A stretch of 64,000 nucleotides of DNA from Thecamonas trahens ATCC 50062 (Eukaryota > Protista > Apusomonadida), in contig NW_013657638.1 of assembly GCF_000142905.1 (NCBI RefSeq), positions 1-64,000 of the forward strand. The letters run 5' to 3'. The translations under genes and the position numbers were made by a program. Positions 1 through 12,900 of the stretch are shown here, piece by piece. Each line of letters opens with the position of its first letter. Within the stretch, counting starts at the first letter, position 1. The notes under the pieces are model-generated. The model was not told the DNA's origin. It ran no database searches and saw nothing but the letters and a program-made list of their open reading frames with translations.

Positions 1-112
1 CGACCTCGTTGGTTGCTTGTTGGTGGCTGTCTTTGCCTCGTTTGATGCCCGTTCCTGCTCTTCTTCAATTTATTCAACGTTCAATTTAATTAACGTCTGC
101 CGCCTTCCCTCT

Positions 113-441
113 GCCGCCCAAGTACCCGGCTCCCTCATCGCCCACACTCAACACACAGCCATCAGCCGTATCATACTCACCTTCATCATTGCTCAAGCCC
201 AATCGCCATACTCACCACCATTCCGCCCGCTACGCCACCCACGTGACGACGCCCCTCATCCCCCCTACCATACTCATTACCACCCGTCACCATAAACGAC
301 CAACCCCACCCCTACCCCACCACCATCACTATCATCCCAGTCACAACTCCCACCCGCATGCCATGGCCATGCCCACCACCATCCCATCGCGCACTCCGCT
401 TCCTCTTCCTCCTCATCGTCGTCCTCTCCTCGCTCCAACTC
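113..441. repeat. Diverged direct repeat, copy 1 (partner at 1563-1889)
   Basis: Colinear shared blocks with 1563-1889, e.g. gccgcccaagtaccc, tcatcccccctaccatactcattac, catcgcgcactccgcttcctcttcctc. Many substitutions lie between the blocks. Confidence 0.85.
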
Positions 442-1562
442 ACCCCCATCCTCTCTTCCGACCTCCACACCGCCATTCTCCAATCAGCTCATGCCATACT
501 GCTTATCCACCAACCAACAGTATTCTCAAGCCACTCAGCCCTGATCCCGCCCCCTCTGCTGCCCCTGTCTCGCCGGGCACCAGCCGCCAGCTGTCGCCCG
601 CTCGCCCGATCAGGCCCACCTTCATCACCACCTAGCTCCTTCCCATTACCAGCTACGCAACCCGCAACCACGCCCAAGGTCATCACTCACCTCACACTAT
701 CACTAGTACCAATATTACTGTCATTGATACCCATCTTCCTCGGCTCATTTCCGCGTAGGCTTGTTTTGCCTAGGTGGTTGAGCACGTCCTCGTCCGCCCG
801 ACCCCGCACATGCCCCCCACCAACCTCATTGCAAGATATGACCAATCTGATTTCACTACTACTCTACTACATACGCACACTACGTTCATGCGCAGTCTCC
901 AATCCATAGCTGCAGTATTCCGGAATCCGAGTTCTGCCGGCTCAGGCCCAAGTTGTTGGCCCTGTGTCCCTTCGAAGGTGCTGACTCCCCCTTCTCGGGC
1001 CCATCTCCGACCCCCACTCCCCACCATTCCCATCCACAACCACCACACCCACGCCACACATACCCACACCCTCTACAAAGATAACCATCCACTTCACTTG
1101 CGCCGATACGCACATCAGCCGACGCCATCCCGTCAACAGCATCACTGCCGACCGCCTGCTTCTCGCCGCCGACCGCCGCCCGCCGCCGACCGACCACCGC
1201 CGGCACCACCGAGAGCAAGCTCGCCATCGACAGATCATTGAAAACAATGCATATGGATAGCCACAGCATTGGCAATGACTACCAGTCTGCCCTCCAACCC
1301 AATCCTTCCCTCCCTCCTCCGGCCTTGCCCATCACAGCCCCCGCCGGCCTGCTCATCGCCAGCCGCCCCTGCCGCCGTCCACCGAGCCAGACGACGAAGC
1401 CAGTGAGCTGGCCAGGACGAGGAAGAACAAGAGAGGGCAAGGGCAAGCGATATGCAATTCAGTGGTGGGCCAGAGTGCAGTGGTCTGCCTCGTCTTCCAA
1501 TCCTAAGCCATCGTTTCCATTGACGTCCATCTCAATCCAATCCGTCCGCCCTCCTTGCCCTC

Positions 1563-1889
1563 GCCGCCCAAGTACCCGCCTCCCTCATCGCCCACACCCT
1601 ACACACACCCATCTGCCTCATCATTCCCACCCACATCCATCCTCAAGCTGAATCGCCATACCCACCATCCCTTCGCCCGCCACACCATCCATGTCACGAC
1701 CCCCTTCATCCCCCCTACCATACTCATTACGCCCGATCACCATCAACCACGACCACCACCCCCTACTCCGCCACTTTCACGTCCATCCCAGCCACAGCCA
1801 CCATCCCGATGCCGTGGCCATCGCCACCACCACCTCATCGCGCACTCCGCTTCCTCTTCCTCAACCTCCTTCTGTCCTCGCTCCAGCTC
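1563..1889. repeat. Diverged direct repeat, copy 2 (partner at 113-441)
   Basis: Same shared blocks as 113-441; ends about 200 bp upstream of the HROB ATG. Confidence 0.85.
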
Positions 1890-2096
1890 GATGATGTTCT
1901 TGCTTACTGTTCCCGAGACGTGTGTGCCTCCTTCCTCGGTACAAAGTCGACATCGTCACAGTTTTCACGACCTTTTTCGGGCACACTCCGCCGCGACGAG
2001 TCGCTCTCGCTGCGACGACCACTCCACACCACCACCCATTCCACTTGTCTTGCCCCTGCTCCCCCTCCCCGCCCCGCCACCTCCCACAGGGGACGC

Positions 2097-3461
2097 ATGT
2101 CGTCGTCTGACAACTCGGGCACCACCCTCAACCTTCTTCTCTCTCCGCTCAACTCTCCAGGCAAGCCAGGCAAGCGCAAGCGTGACGCTGCCGACCCGTC
2201 GCCTCCAACGCGCCCACCACCTACCCGCCGGCGCGGCGACGAGAACCGCCGCTCGAGGTCACACCGCATCCGCAAGCCGGGCTCGTCCAAGGGCAAGTCC
2301 AAGACTCACACCCCGCAGCGGCGTATTCCCGGGCCGGCCGGCCTGCTGGCTCTCCTCCCGCACCCGGATCCGAGTACTCCGAACAAGCCGTCGGACTCGT
2401 CGCTCTCACTCTCGCAGCTCTCGTCCGCCGCCAAGAAGAAGGACGACATCGACTTTGCTGCCCCAGGCTCGGCATGGAAGGCCATGCTCAACGCCTTTGG
2501 CCTCCCGTCTTTTCCACGTGCTGGCGACAAGCCGTCGCCACTCTTTCGCGAGTCCGTCGCCGGCGTCAAGGCCTCGACCGCCTCCAAGGTCTCCTCGCTC
2601 ATTGTCTTTGTCTCTCAGTTCTCTGCGACTCCGGCCGGTGACTTTGCCGTCGAAGTCAAGGATCCCACCGGCTCGGTCGAGGGCACCCTCCACCGCCGCC
2701 TCCTCGATCACTTCCCCACCGTCGGCGAAGGCGCTGTCCTCGTCCTCATCGACGTCTCCGTCTTTCAGCCGCAGCGCCACGTCCGCTACCTCAACATCAC
2801 TACCGAGAACGTGTGTCTTGTCTTTGGACGAGGCGCTCCTCCGCACCCGCCCAAGCTCATCAACGCCACCGTCGAGCGACTGCTCGCCATATCAACGCCA
2901 CCGGCCGCGCCACGCTTTGCAAGCATGGCCACTCACGCGCCAAAGTCACCGGCCAATCTCTCCCGCAAGCTCTGGGCTGATGCCCGCATTGGCCCCGTCC
3001 CGCCGCCGGTCTCATCCACTGCCGCGCCGGCCACACGTGCACCCGTAGCGACTGGCGCTCGGGTTGCCGGTCTCCACGCCACGCCAAGGGGCCCAGCCCA
3101 ACCCGGTCCTTCTCCGCCACCTGCGCCACCTTGCCCGCCGCAGCCCGCCGTCTCCAGCGCTGCCCTTGCCGCCCAAGCCGCTCTTGCTGACATCTCACTG
3201 GACATGCTCGCCGACGACCCGCTCGAGCCATCGCCGCTGGACACCTCGCCCGCTCCTACTCCTGCTGATACTCAGCCTCCTGTGCCGCCACTCCCGCCGC
3301 TGGAGGACGATCCTGCACTCGACGCCGCCCTCGCCGCCATCGACCTTCCCACCACCGCCGCTGCAGCTGCTCCGGAGCCGAGAGCACCGAGCGGTCCATC
3401 GCTCTCGCGCAAGCAGGACGTTGATGTTTTGCTTGACGGCCTCGGCGATCTCGACTGGTAA
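2097..3461 (+). CDS. HROB: Homologous recombination OB-fold protein (HROB/C17orf53/MCM8IP, DUF4539-type)
   Basis: Motifs RRIPGPAGLL, DF...AWKAM, and OB-fold KDPTGSVEGTLHRRLL...GAVLVLIDVSVFQP...YLNITTEN. ATG 2097 chosen within ORF 1809..3461 because the upstream part is repeat-derived. Confidence 0.88.
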   Translation: MSSSDNSGTTLNLLLSPLNSPGKPGKRKRDAADPSPPTRPPPTRRRGDENRRSRSHRIRKPGSSKGKSKTHTPQRRIPGPAGLLALLPHPDPSTPNKPSDSSLSLSQLSSAAKKKDDIDFAAPGSAWKAMLNAFGLPSFPRAGDKPSPLFRESVAGVKASTASKVSSLIVFVSQFSATPAGDFAVEVKDPTGSVEGTLHRRLLDHFPTVGEGAVLVLIDVSVFQPQRHVRYLNITTENVCLVFGRGAPPHPPKLINATVERLLAISTPPAAPRFASMATHAPKSPANLSRKLWADARIGPVPPPVSSTAAPATRAPVATGARVAGLHATPRGPAQPGPSPPPAPPCPPQPAVSSAALAAQAALADISLDMLADDPLEPSPLDTSPAPTPADTQPPVPPLPPLEDDPALDAALAAIDLPTTAAAAAPEPRAPSGPSLSRKQDVDVLLDGLGDLDW

Positions 3462-3483
3462 GCTTGTTACATGCTGTAAATGT

Positions 3484-6124
3484 TTATGCACGACGAAGCT
3501 CGCGCAGCACCTGCTTCATGTCGTTGACAACCTCGATCTTCTCCGCAAACACGGCACGGAGCTGCTCGGTCAGCTCGAGCGCCTCGCCCTGGTTGCCAGC
3601 TACCACGTCGAGCTCGTTGCACATCCGCTCGCGCGCAAGCTTGCGGTCGCTGTCGCCAATGTTGACAATGCCTGTCGGGACCGGGTGCGCTGCGACAAAC
3701 TCGGCCGCAATCCGTGCCTGCTGCTCCGACGCCTTGGTGGCTGAAGCCTCGGTCGCTGCCTGGAGCAGCATCCGTAGCTTAGCCACAAGCGTCTTGAGAA
3801 TCTCATCCTTGACCTGCGGCGTTCCTGCGTTAACCAGGTATGACACTCCCTTGTCGAGCGCCACCAGCGAAAAGGTGTTGACCACCATGCCGTCGACTAC
3901 GTTGGTCGCAGCGACAATCTCGTACGGAAGCTTGATGTGACACATGACCTTGACCTTCCCCTTTTTCGCCTCCTTCGCAATCAACCTCGCCCTCGTCTCG
4001 CCCTGCCTCAGTCACTCCATCATCCTCGGCTCCGATCGTGTCACGGACCGCGCGCCCAATGATGATCGCGTCGTCTGTGAGGACCAGAACAGCAGGCACC
4101 GACTTTTGGCTCTGCATGCCGGCCCGGACTCGCCACCCACCCATCACAGTCACTCCGTTGCCGAGTGCAGCCTCGAGTTCGGCCGTGGTCGTCTCGGCTG
4201 TTGGCCACTCGACGAGCGTATCTGCGGCGAAGACCGAGAGCTGACCCGGCGGCGCCGCCGTCCTCCGTGCCGCAGACTCGAGGATCTCGCACCATGCCTG
4301 CGCGTCGTCGGCATCGTCGGCCTGGAGGACCCAGTCGCGAAGTGGCGTGCGCGTGACAATCACGTGCTCCCGCCCGTACCCATCCGAGCGCTCGCTCACC
4401 GACTTGGAGAGCTGCATCACGCCCTTTGCCCGCGAGATCTTGCTCGAGTCGTTGACTCGCCCAAAGTAAAACAGCGAAGTACCCTTGAGGACCCACCACC
4501 GCCGCTGCCACCGATTGTGGCGCATCTTGACCAGCCAGCCCTGCTTCACCGTCGGAATCGCGTCGTACTCGGCCTGGCTGCTCATCGTAGTCAGCTCAAC
4601 ACCACCGAGTTCTGGCTCACCATCGTCGAGATCGTCGAGCTGGATTCCAAGCCGCGAGAGCACGGCGGCAAACGCCGTTTGGTCAAACCACTTGCGCTCA
4701 ACATACTTGGCCGCAATAAACTGCCTCACCACCGCGTCATCGTCAGTCGGCGTCGGATACTCAACCCATGCCTCCATGTTGGCCTCGTAGATCGCCGATG
4801 CGTGCCGCGACGTTAGCCCGCACACAAAGTCGATCTGCTTGTCACTCGCCTTCGGCGCCTTGGCCGGTGTCACCCGCAGCCCGATCGTGCGGTAGATGAA
4901 GGCACACCGGAAGCATGTCCACTGCCCGGTCTGCGGTGAGACCCATGCCGCAGGCTTGCCGCCGCACTCGGAGCACTGTGATGGCACCTTTTCCGCCAGA
5001 CGCCGCCGGTGCTCGACGACCTTGGGGTCAACCACAAACGTGGTGTCCACTCCGGCTTTGTCTACTCCTGCCGCCACCGCCGAGTACAGCTCAACCAAGT
5101 CGGCAATCGGCGCGTAGCTCACCTCTGCGCCCGCCGCCGCTTTGGCCAGCGAGTCGAACAGGAGGTGGTATTTGAGGACTCGCTGGACCGGTGCGAGCGC
5201 AAACGCTGAGAGCGGCAGTGACCGCGATTGCGGCAGCGCAAGCGTGTCCGCGAGAAAAGCCGCAAACTGTGGGTCGCTCGCTTTGGCCTCATCAAGCACC
5301 TGGTTGAACTCGTTCTGCTTCTCACAGTACTCCTTGTAGCCCACAAACCGACCTGCAGCCGCCACAAAGACGTCGACCACATTCTCCAGCGTGCTGTCGC
5401 CCGAATCAAGCGCTGCCACAATCTCGCTGTGAACTGCATACAGCTCGCCAATGTTGCCAAACAGCCGCGCCACGAGCTCGGCCTCAAACTTGGACTCGGC
5501 CGAGGCGAGGACGTCGACCAGCAGTTGCAGATCCGCTAGGTATGCTTTCTCTGTGTGCACAATCTCAGAGAGCACGTGGTCGAGCCGCGAGTGCTTGGTC
5601 TTGACCTTGGCCTTGCTCTTTCCGCCGCTCCCGTTATCACTCTCGCCTGTCCCGCTGTAGTACGAGTAAGAGTACGAGTACGAGCCCGAGCTGCTCCCCG
5701 AGCCCGAGCCTGAGCTGCTCCTCGAGCCCGGGCCCGAGCCCGAACCCGAGCCCGAGACCGAGCCTGCCGCCGCGCCACCGTCCGCGCCGCTTGTACCGGC
5801 ATGGTCGCCGCATGTCAGCGTCAGCGCTTGCAACCACTTGGCGTGCAGGTCGGCGGTGGGCGCGTGGAGGCAGAGCGAGCTTGACGCCTTCGGCCCCGTC
5901 AGCGGCAGCGCAAACGGCAGCGGCTTGGCACACATGCACTCCAGCTCGCCGGCGAGCTTGTGCTCGCCAAGGTCAAACGAGGCTTTGGTCTTGGACATGC
6001 GAGCGTTTGCAAAGTGCGTCAAACTCGCTCCTCGCAGCACAACATAGCCATGCTTGCTCTTCTTCAGCTTCTTGCCACTCCGGTAGGTCATCTCAGACCG
6101 GCAGAACGCCAACTCTCGCGACAT
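3484..6124 (-). CDS. Multidomain GTPase regulator PH-DH(RhoGEF)-ArfGAP-PH-PH; exons 6124..4049 and 4002..3484
   Basis: DH motifs VLSEIVHTEKAYLADL and LSAFALAPVQRVLKYHLL; ArfGAP zinc finger CSEC-x16-CFRC-x4-R and FIAAKYVERKW; PH KQGWLVKMRHNRWQRRWWVL. A 46-nt intron (GTCCGT...ACTGA...CAG, 4048..4003) joins ORFs 3830..6337 and 3484..3984 in frame. Confidence 0.85.
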
Positions 6125-7043
6125 ACCTGCCGCTGTTGCTCCACGCGAGAGGTGTCCGCCCCTGCCGCCACCGCGACAGTCTCCCCCCCCCCGCCGCTTG
6201 CGGCCAACTGTCCGCAACGCGTGCGCTCTCTTCACACCAGTCCACAGCGCCGAACGCCACAACCACCCTTTCCAATCCCAGCCCCACCTCCTCGCCACCT
6301 TCCCTCCGCGCCACCACCGTCCCAAACATACCCGCACCCCGCCGACTTCCTACCTCCCACGCTGCCCCTACATCACCTTGCTGCGCACTACCATCATTGA
6401 ACCCCTCTCCTCACCTCTTTTTCATTCGCACATGATGCTCGCCGCCACAACACCATGCCAAACGAGTCCGACGCCAGGCCAGCCGCCGACGACTGCCATT
6501 GGCCTCCCCGCCACGACCGCTCGCTGCCCCGCACCTCTCGTCGTCGAGTACGTTCCATTCTCGCATGCGCTCAATGCTCTGCCTCCCCTCCCACACACTA
6601 GCCATACACTCTTGTCCCCACACCCTTTCCACACCCACCTCTCGGCATTGCTCGTCTATGCCCTTGGCTGTGGCTCTGACTGGCGAGCCGGTGAGCAAGT
6701 CCAAAAAAACGACGTCGGATGGAACGCGCTACCGAATGGTTCTTGCGACCTATGGGCACGTGAACAGGTGCCTGCAATGGCCCGCAGCCACTCTCTACTC
6801 TAGGACATACCTGCGGCAGTGGCACTCGCCTGTGAGCCCCTCTTCTGCCGGTGCTGACCATCATCTTTGTTACTGTGGCTAGTCCTCAAGGCCAACCCCG
6901 TCCCAGCAACGCCGACCCGTCAGCCCCTCTTGCCGCCACTGCCACCCTCCCACCACACCGCTAGCCGCGACAGGCACTCACACAAACATGGATGACGTGG
7001 GCAATGTGCTGCACATAACGGAACATAGGTAACTGCTTGCTTG

Positions 7044-7839
7044 ATGTCGGATTTTGAGTCGGAGGAGGAGCTGGAGCCGACATGGATCAGGTGGTTCTGC
7101 TCGCTCCGCGGCAACGAGTTCTTCTGCGAGGTGGATGAGGACTTTATCCAGGTACGGACCCATGAGAAAACCCCCCATCCTCTGCACCCTGCACAGGCTG
7201 CTGCATGCCCGCAACTTACTGTTCTCCCCACTCCAACATACTCACACTTTCTTTGCGCCACAGGACGACTTTAACCTGACCGGGCTCTCGTCAATGGTCC
7301 CCTACTACGAGTACGCGATGGACATGATTCTCGACTGTGACACACCGAACCAGATGTTTACCGAGGAGCAGCAGGAGATGATCGAGACTGCGGCGGAGAT
7401 GCTGTACGGGCTAATCCATGCGCGGTACATCCTGACCAACCGTGGCCTGTCGGCGATGGCTGACAAGTACAACCACCACCAGTTTGGCAAGTGCCCGCGG
7501 GTGTTCTGCAACGGACAGGCGGTGCTTCCGGTCGGCGAGTCGGACATGCCGCGGACGAACACGGTCAAGGTCTTCTGCCCGCGGTGCGAGAACCTGTACA
7601 TTCCGCGCTCGCAGCGCCAGGCCAACATCGATGGCGCCTACTTTGGCACCACCTTTGCCCACCTCATCTTCCACATCTACCCCGAGATGATGCCCTCGCC
7701 GGCCACCCAGGAGTATGTTCCGCGCATCTACGGCTTCAAGATCCATCCCTCGGCCAAGGAGCGCATCCTTGCCGTCAAGAAGATGAAGAAGGCCAAGCGC
7801 AACAAGCGCAAGGAGCAGGCTGCTGCCGCCGCCAAGTAA
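7044..7839 (+). CDS. CSNK2B: Casein kinase II regulatory subunit beta; exons 7044..7151 and 7264..7839
   Basis: [23 protein letters not shown]|[49 protein letters not shown]; 112-nt intron GTACGG...CAG. Confidence 0.97.
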
Positions 7840-7904
7840 ACTCCCCACACGCACATGACTGACGCACTCGCTCTTCTTCTCGCTGCTTGCATTTCCTTCA
7901 TTTT

Positions 7905-8801
7905 CTACAGCTCGTAAAAGTGCGCGTTCGGATCAAGCCGACGCTTGCGCGGGTCCGGGTGCGCGCCCGAGACGTCGACCAGCGTCTTGCCGCGGGCCCG
8001 CGCCACATCTTCGGCCGACCGATGCCGCGCAAGCGCGTTCCAGATCGCCTTGAGCACGTTGAGCATGTTGCGCGAGCCGTGGGTCTTGATCGAGACCTCC
8101 TTGAAGCCAAACGCCTCGAGGACTGGGAGATACGGCCGCCCCGCCCGGTACGGGCCGTCCTTGCGCTGCGGCCGGATGAGCACCTTCGATGCACCGTACT
8201 TGTAGAACAGCTCGTGGTTCACCGTCCGCCCATTGTACATGTCGACGTAAATGACGTTCTTGTGTGCGTCTGAGAACGCCCGCTTCACCGCCGCCCGCAC
8301 GTCCGTGCCCTTGCCAAACCCAAAGCCTGCCGAGCCGCGCATGTTGCCCAGCACCACCAGGGCGTTGAATGACTGCCGACGTCCACCCTTGGTCACGTTC
8401 ACCACACGATTGACCCGCATGATGTGCTGGTACGGGTACGGCGTAAACTCGCGCGAGTTGGGGTTGTCAAACCCGGCGTACCGCATCTTCGGCTCCTCCC
8501 GCAGCGGCTCGCGCGGCACTCCGCGGAGCACCCCATTCGGCCCCGGCCGCTTTGCCCCGCTGCTTGCAACGTTGCGCCCAGCCCGCCCGCGCCCGCCGCG
8601 CTTGCCCTCGCCGCCCGGGCCAGAACCGGCCCCGGCCCCGGCCCCGGTCGCCATCTTGCGCGTCAGCGCCACCGCCGCAGCCCACCGCCCGCAAACCGCC
8701 CCGCTGCCTGCACGGACCACAGCGAGCCCGTCCACAGCCCCCGTCGTTGCAATAGCATGCCCAGCTGCCCGCACTGCCTGGCTCACAGCCAACCGGAGCA
8801 T
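7905..8801 (-). CDS. MRPS5: Mitochondrial ribosomal protein uS5m
   Basis: RVNRVVNVTKGGRRQSFNALVVLGN..GSAGFGFGK (S5 N-domain) and GSRNMLNVLKA; Arg/Ala-rich presequence-like N-terminus MLRLAVSQAVRAA. Confidence 0.9.
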   Translation of the reverse strand: MLRLAVSQAVRAAGHAIATTGAVDGLAVVRAGSGAVCGRWAAAVALTRKMATGAGAGAGSGPGGEGKRGGRGRAGRNVASSGAKRPGPNGVLRGVPREPLREEPKMRYAGFDNPNSREFTPYPYQHIMRVNRVVNVTKGGRRQSFNALVVLGNMRGSAGFGFGKGTDVRAAVKRAFSDAHKNVIYVDMYNGRTVNHELFYKYGASKVLIRPQRKDGPYRAGRPYLPVLEAFGFKEVSIKTHGSRNMLNVLKAIWNALARHRSAEDVARARGKTLVDVSGAHPDPRKRRLDPNAHFYEL

Positions 8802-8839
8802 TGTGGTCAAGTGTACCCGCCTCCCCCCCCCCCCCCCAG

Positions 8840-9279
8840 NNNNNNNNNNNNNNNNNNNNNNNNNNNNNNNNNNNNNNNNNNNNNNNNNNNNNNNNNNNNN
8901 NNNNNNNNNNNNNNNNNNNNNNNNNNNNNNNNNNNNNNNNNNNNNNNNNNNNNNNNNNNNNNNNNNNNNNNNNNNNNNNNNNNNNNNNNNNNNNNNNNNN
9001 NNNNNNNNNNNNNNNNNNNNNNNNNNNNNNNNNNNNNNNNNNNNNNNNNNNNNNNNNNNNNNNNNNNNNNNNNNNNNNNNNNNNNNNNNNNNNNNNNNNN
9101 NNNNNNNNNNNNNNNNNNNNNNNNNNNNNNNNNNNNNNNNNNNNNNNNNNNNNNNNNNNNNNNNNNNNNNNNNNNNNNNNNNNNNNNNNNNNNNNNNNNN
9201 NNNNNNNNNNNNNNNNNNNNNNNNNNNNNNNNNNNNNNNNNNNNNNNNNNNNNNNNNNNNNNNNNNNNNNNNNNNNNNN
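8840..9279. other. Assembly gap (N-run); other gaps at 18160-18259, 31095-31770, 42256-42505, 48868-49010
   Basis: Runs of n in the sequence. Confidence 1.
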
Positions 9280-9906
9280 GCTGCCTCCCTTCCGTCCCCT
9301 CAGACCCGGAGAGACCAGCCGGCGAGTCAGCGAGCAAACGAGCCCAGCCCCCAGCTGTCGCCTCACCACCACCCCGGTCACTGCCTTGGCCACTACACCA
9401 AGATCAGCCACCATCCCCGCCCCACTCTCCTAGTCGCAACTCCATCCATCTCCCCAGCCACCTTCCCATCGCCATCCCATCGCCTTTGCGCGCCTCGACT
9501 CCTCACAGCAATCGGCCGTCTCGCATCACCCACACGCCTCACACACTCTGTCCGCGCTCGGTCCAGCCCACAACGCCAACGCCATAGACCTTTTTCCAGC
9601 CACATGCCTCACCGATCTCACCCCTCTCCTTTCCCTCGATCCTATCCGCTCCCGTCACCATCACACCAAATCCGTCACACTCCCGCACCCGAGTCCCATC
9701 CATCTCAATCCCTCCGCTCGACCCGGCCCCACCCCCGCTACCTCTACCCAACCGCAATACCGACACTACACCCCACTCTGCCACACTCCGCCACTACCCC
9801 CACCCCCTCATACCTCTACTTCCACTCGGCTTTGCCCAGCCGCTCTATTCATTCCCCGTACCCGCACCTCTCCCTTCCCACACACACCCCAGACTCAGCC
9901 CCATCC

Positions 9907-12900
9907 ATGTCCTCATCCTCCTCGTCCTCGTCGGACACCAGCTCGACGTCGTCGAGCGGGCAGGCATCGTCCGGTGAGTCGTTTGAGACACAGGCCCGCA
10001 CTATGGGCGCTACCAACGACGAGCTTGAGCTCATTGACAAGCTTGTTGGCTCGGACGACGACAGTGACAATCCCGAGAACGACGCTATCGCCTTTGGCGA
10101 TGCCGGCCACGACAAGACCCTTGTCAGCGGCGTCAAGGCCCTGCTGAAGCGCAAGCGTGCCGCCGTCGACGACGCGCGCTCGGCCAAGAAGGCTCGCTCG
10201 CTGAACAAGAAGAAAAGCTCATCATCATCCGCCTCGTCGTCATCGTCGTCGCCGTCGTCGTCGGCCACGTCCTCGGCGACCTCGGTCTCGTCGCTCTCGT
10301 CCGGCGCCTCGTCGGCCTCGTCCGACTCGTCCTCATACTCGTCGTCATCTGGCCCGAGTTTGACACCATTGCTCCGCCGCCGCCGCCGACACAGGGCCCG
10401 CCGCGCTGGTACCATCTCCTCCCTTCGCTTGTCTCGCGCCGGCCCGAGGCCGCGCCGCACACCGTCCGCGCCGCCCGCCGCAAGGCCCAAGAGCTTGCTG
10501 ACGCCGACAAGGCCCGCTTTGACGCCATGACCACCGGCCGCAAGGCCCAGCGTGAGACCCGCTCCGACAACATGTGGCTGAAGACCGTCCTCCGCACCGG
10601 TACCCTCACCGATCGACTTGCCGCCATGTCCATCATGCTCCAGCAGTCGCCCATGTACCGGCTTGAAGTCCTTGACCAGCTCGTCCACATGGCGAGCCGA
10701 AAGTCCGGCCGCGAGGCCGAGCTCGCGCTGCAGACCCTCAAGGACCTTTTTGTCGACTTTCTCCTCCCCTCGCACCGCCCGCTCGTCGCTTTTGCCGACC
10801 AGCCGCACGACCACCCAGACGTTGGCCCGCAGTACCTCGTCATGTGGCTGTTTGAGGACAAGCTTCAGGTCCGCTTTGCCCGCTTCCTCGCCGCCCTCGA
10901 AGTCGCTCTCCTCTCCAACATCGAGCACCTCAAGTCCAAGGCTCTCTCGTTTGCCTTTGCCCTCCTCGAGTCGCGCCCGGAGCAGGAGCATGTCATCCTC
11001 CGCCTCATCGCCGAGCGCGTCGCCGACCCGATGCGCAAGATCGCCGCAAAGGTCCCCTACCTCTTGCACAAGCTGCTCATCCAGCACCCGAGCATGGACC
11101 TGGTCATTGCCAAGGCTCTGCAGGCCGTCATCTTTAAGCCGCACTCGTCGCAGCGCTCGCAGTATTACGCCATGATCTTCCTCAACCAGCTCGTCCTCTC
11201 CGAAGACGCGCCCGACCTTCCGGACCTCCTCCTCCGCACCTACTTTTCCATCTTCAAGCTTGCCGTCAAGGCCGGAGACGTCAAGTCGAAGCTCCTCGGT
11301 GCCATCCTCACCGGCGTCAACCGCGCCTACCCATACACCTCTCTCGAAGCCACCTTTTTCGAGAAGCACGTCGACACCCTTTTCAAGATCGTCCACCTCA
11401 CCGCCTTCAAGACCTCCGTCCAGGCCCTCTCCGTCATCCTTCGCCTCATCGACCGCATCCCGGACCTCGCCGACCGCTTCTTCCGCGCTCTCTACGCAAA
11501 GCTCCGCGACCGCGACCTGCTGACCACCGCCAAGCCGGGCCTCTTCCTCAACGTTCTCTACAAGGGCCTCAAGGCCGACACCGACGTCAACCGCTCCATC
11601 GCCCTCATCCGCCGCACTCTCCAGGTTGCCGTTGGCGGCAAGCCCGAGTTCACCTGCGCTACACTCCTCCTCATCTCCGAGGTCCTCAAGGCCAGGCCCA
11701 TTCTCTCGCGCACCATCGTTCTCCCGATCGATGCCCCGCTTCCAGCGCCCGACGACGATGGCTCTCCCGCCCAAAACGAGGGTAGCAGCGACACCGGATC
11801 GGCCTCGGCCGACAACAACAACTCTCCCGCTCAGAACGAGCGCAGCAGTGACACCGGATCGGCCTCAGCCTCTGCATCTAGCTCGGCCTCGGCTTCCGAC
11901 TCGGCCTCAGACTACGCCTCGGACTCGGAGGCGAGCTCGGCTGCCGGCGCCACCGAGTCCGCCCTCGACGCCATGATGAGTAGCGAGAAGAAGGCGCGCA
12001 GTGCTGCAATTTCGAAGCCCAGCGCCAACGACGACGACCCGCTTTCCTACGCCGAGCCGCTGTACACCGTCAACGCGCGCGAGCCCAAGTTTGCCGGCGC
12101 CGAGAAGACTGGTATGTTCGAGCTCAACGCCCTCACAAAGCACTTCCACCCCTCGGTCCGCAAGTTTGCCTCAACGCTCCTCGGCGGCTACCCGATTGTC
12201 TACAACTCGGACCCGCTGGCCGACTTTACTCTCGCCGCCTTCCTCGACCGATACGTCTACCGCAACCCGAAAAAGTCCGGCGGCGCAAGCGGGCTCTCGC
12301 TCATGCAGCGCGTCCCGCAGCTCTCGGCCGCCAGGTCCATCGTCCCCAGCTCGGCCGAGTTTGCCGAGCTGTCCGAGGACGCCGTCCCCGAGTCGGATCT
12401 CTTCCTCCACAAGTTCTTTGTCGCCAGGCGTGCCAAGAACAAGCTCCGTGCCAACAACGACGCTGCCGATCCCGAGGACCTCTCCATGGGCGCCCTGCTT
12501 GGCTCGGTCCTCAAGGACAGCATCAACGAGGAAGGCGCCGCTACTGGCTTCTCGTACGACGACATCAACGCCAATGACTTTGACGACGACATCCAGCTTG
12601 ACTCGACTGGCCACGCCGCCGCCGGCACAGTCACCGAAGCCGACCTCGAGGCCATGATGGAGGAGTATTCGGACGACGTCGACTTTGACGAGGACTCGGA
12701 CGATGACGATGACGGCGAAAATGCCGCTCAGGGTGGAGGTGCCGCTGTCTCGTCCGTCTTTGCCGCCGCCAACGACTTCCAGGACATGATCGAGGCCGAT
12801 GTCCAGGCCCAGGCCTCCAAGGAGGCGCAGTGGGCCGACACACGCACCTCTGGCCGCGGCCGCGGTGGCCGTCGCGGTGGCCGTCGCGGCGGCGGAAGGG

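Noticed and set aside
8251-9587. ORFs running through N-gaps
   Set aside because: Artefacts of translating Ns as X.
9849-11774. Long antisense or alternative-frame ORFs (e.g. 9849..11774 -, 53456..55324 +, 21562..23217 +, 1555..3048 +)
   Set aside because: Shadow ORFs of GC-rich, codon-biased genes, with no recognisable motifs.
11763-11870. 60-bp internal duplication in CEBPZ (SPAQNE.SSDTGSASA x2)
   Set aside because: Ordinary in-frame slippage in a disordered loop.
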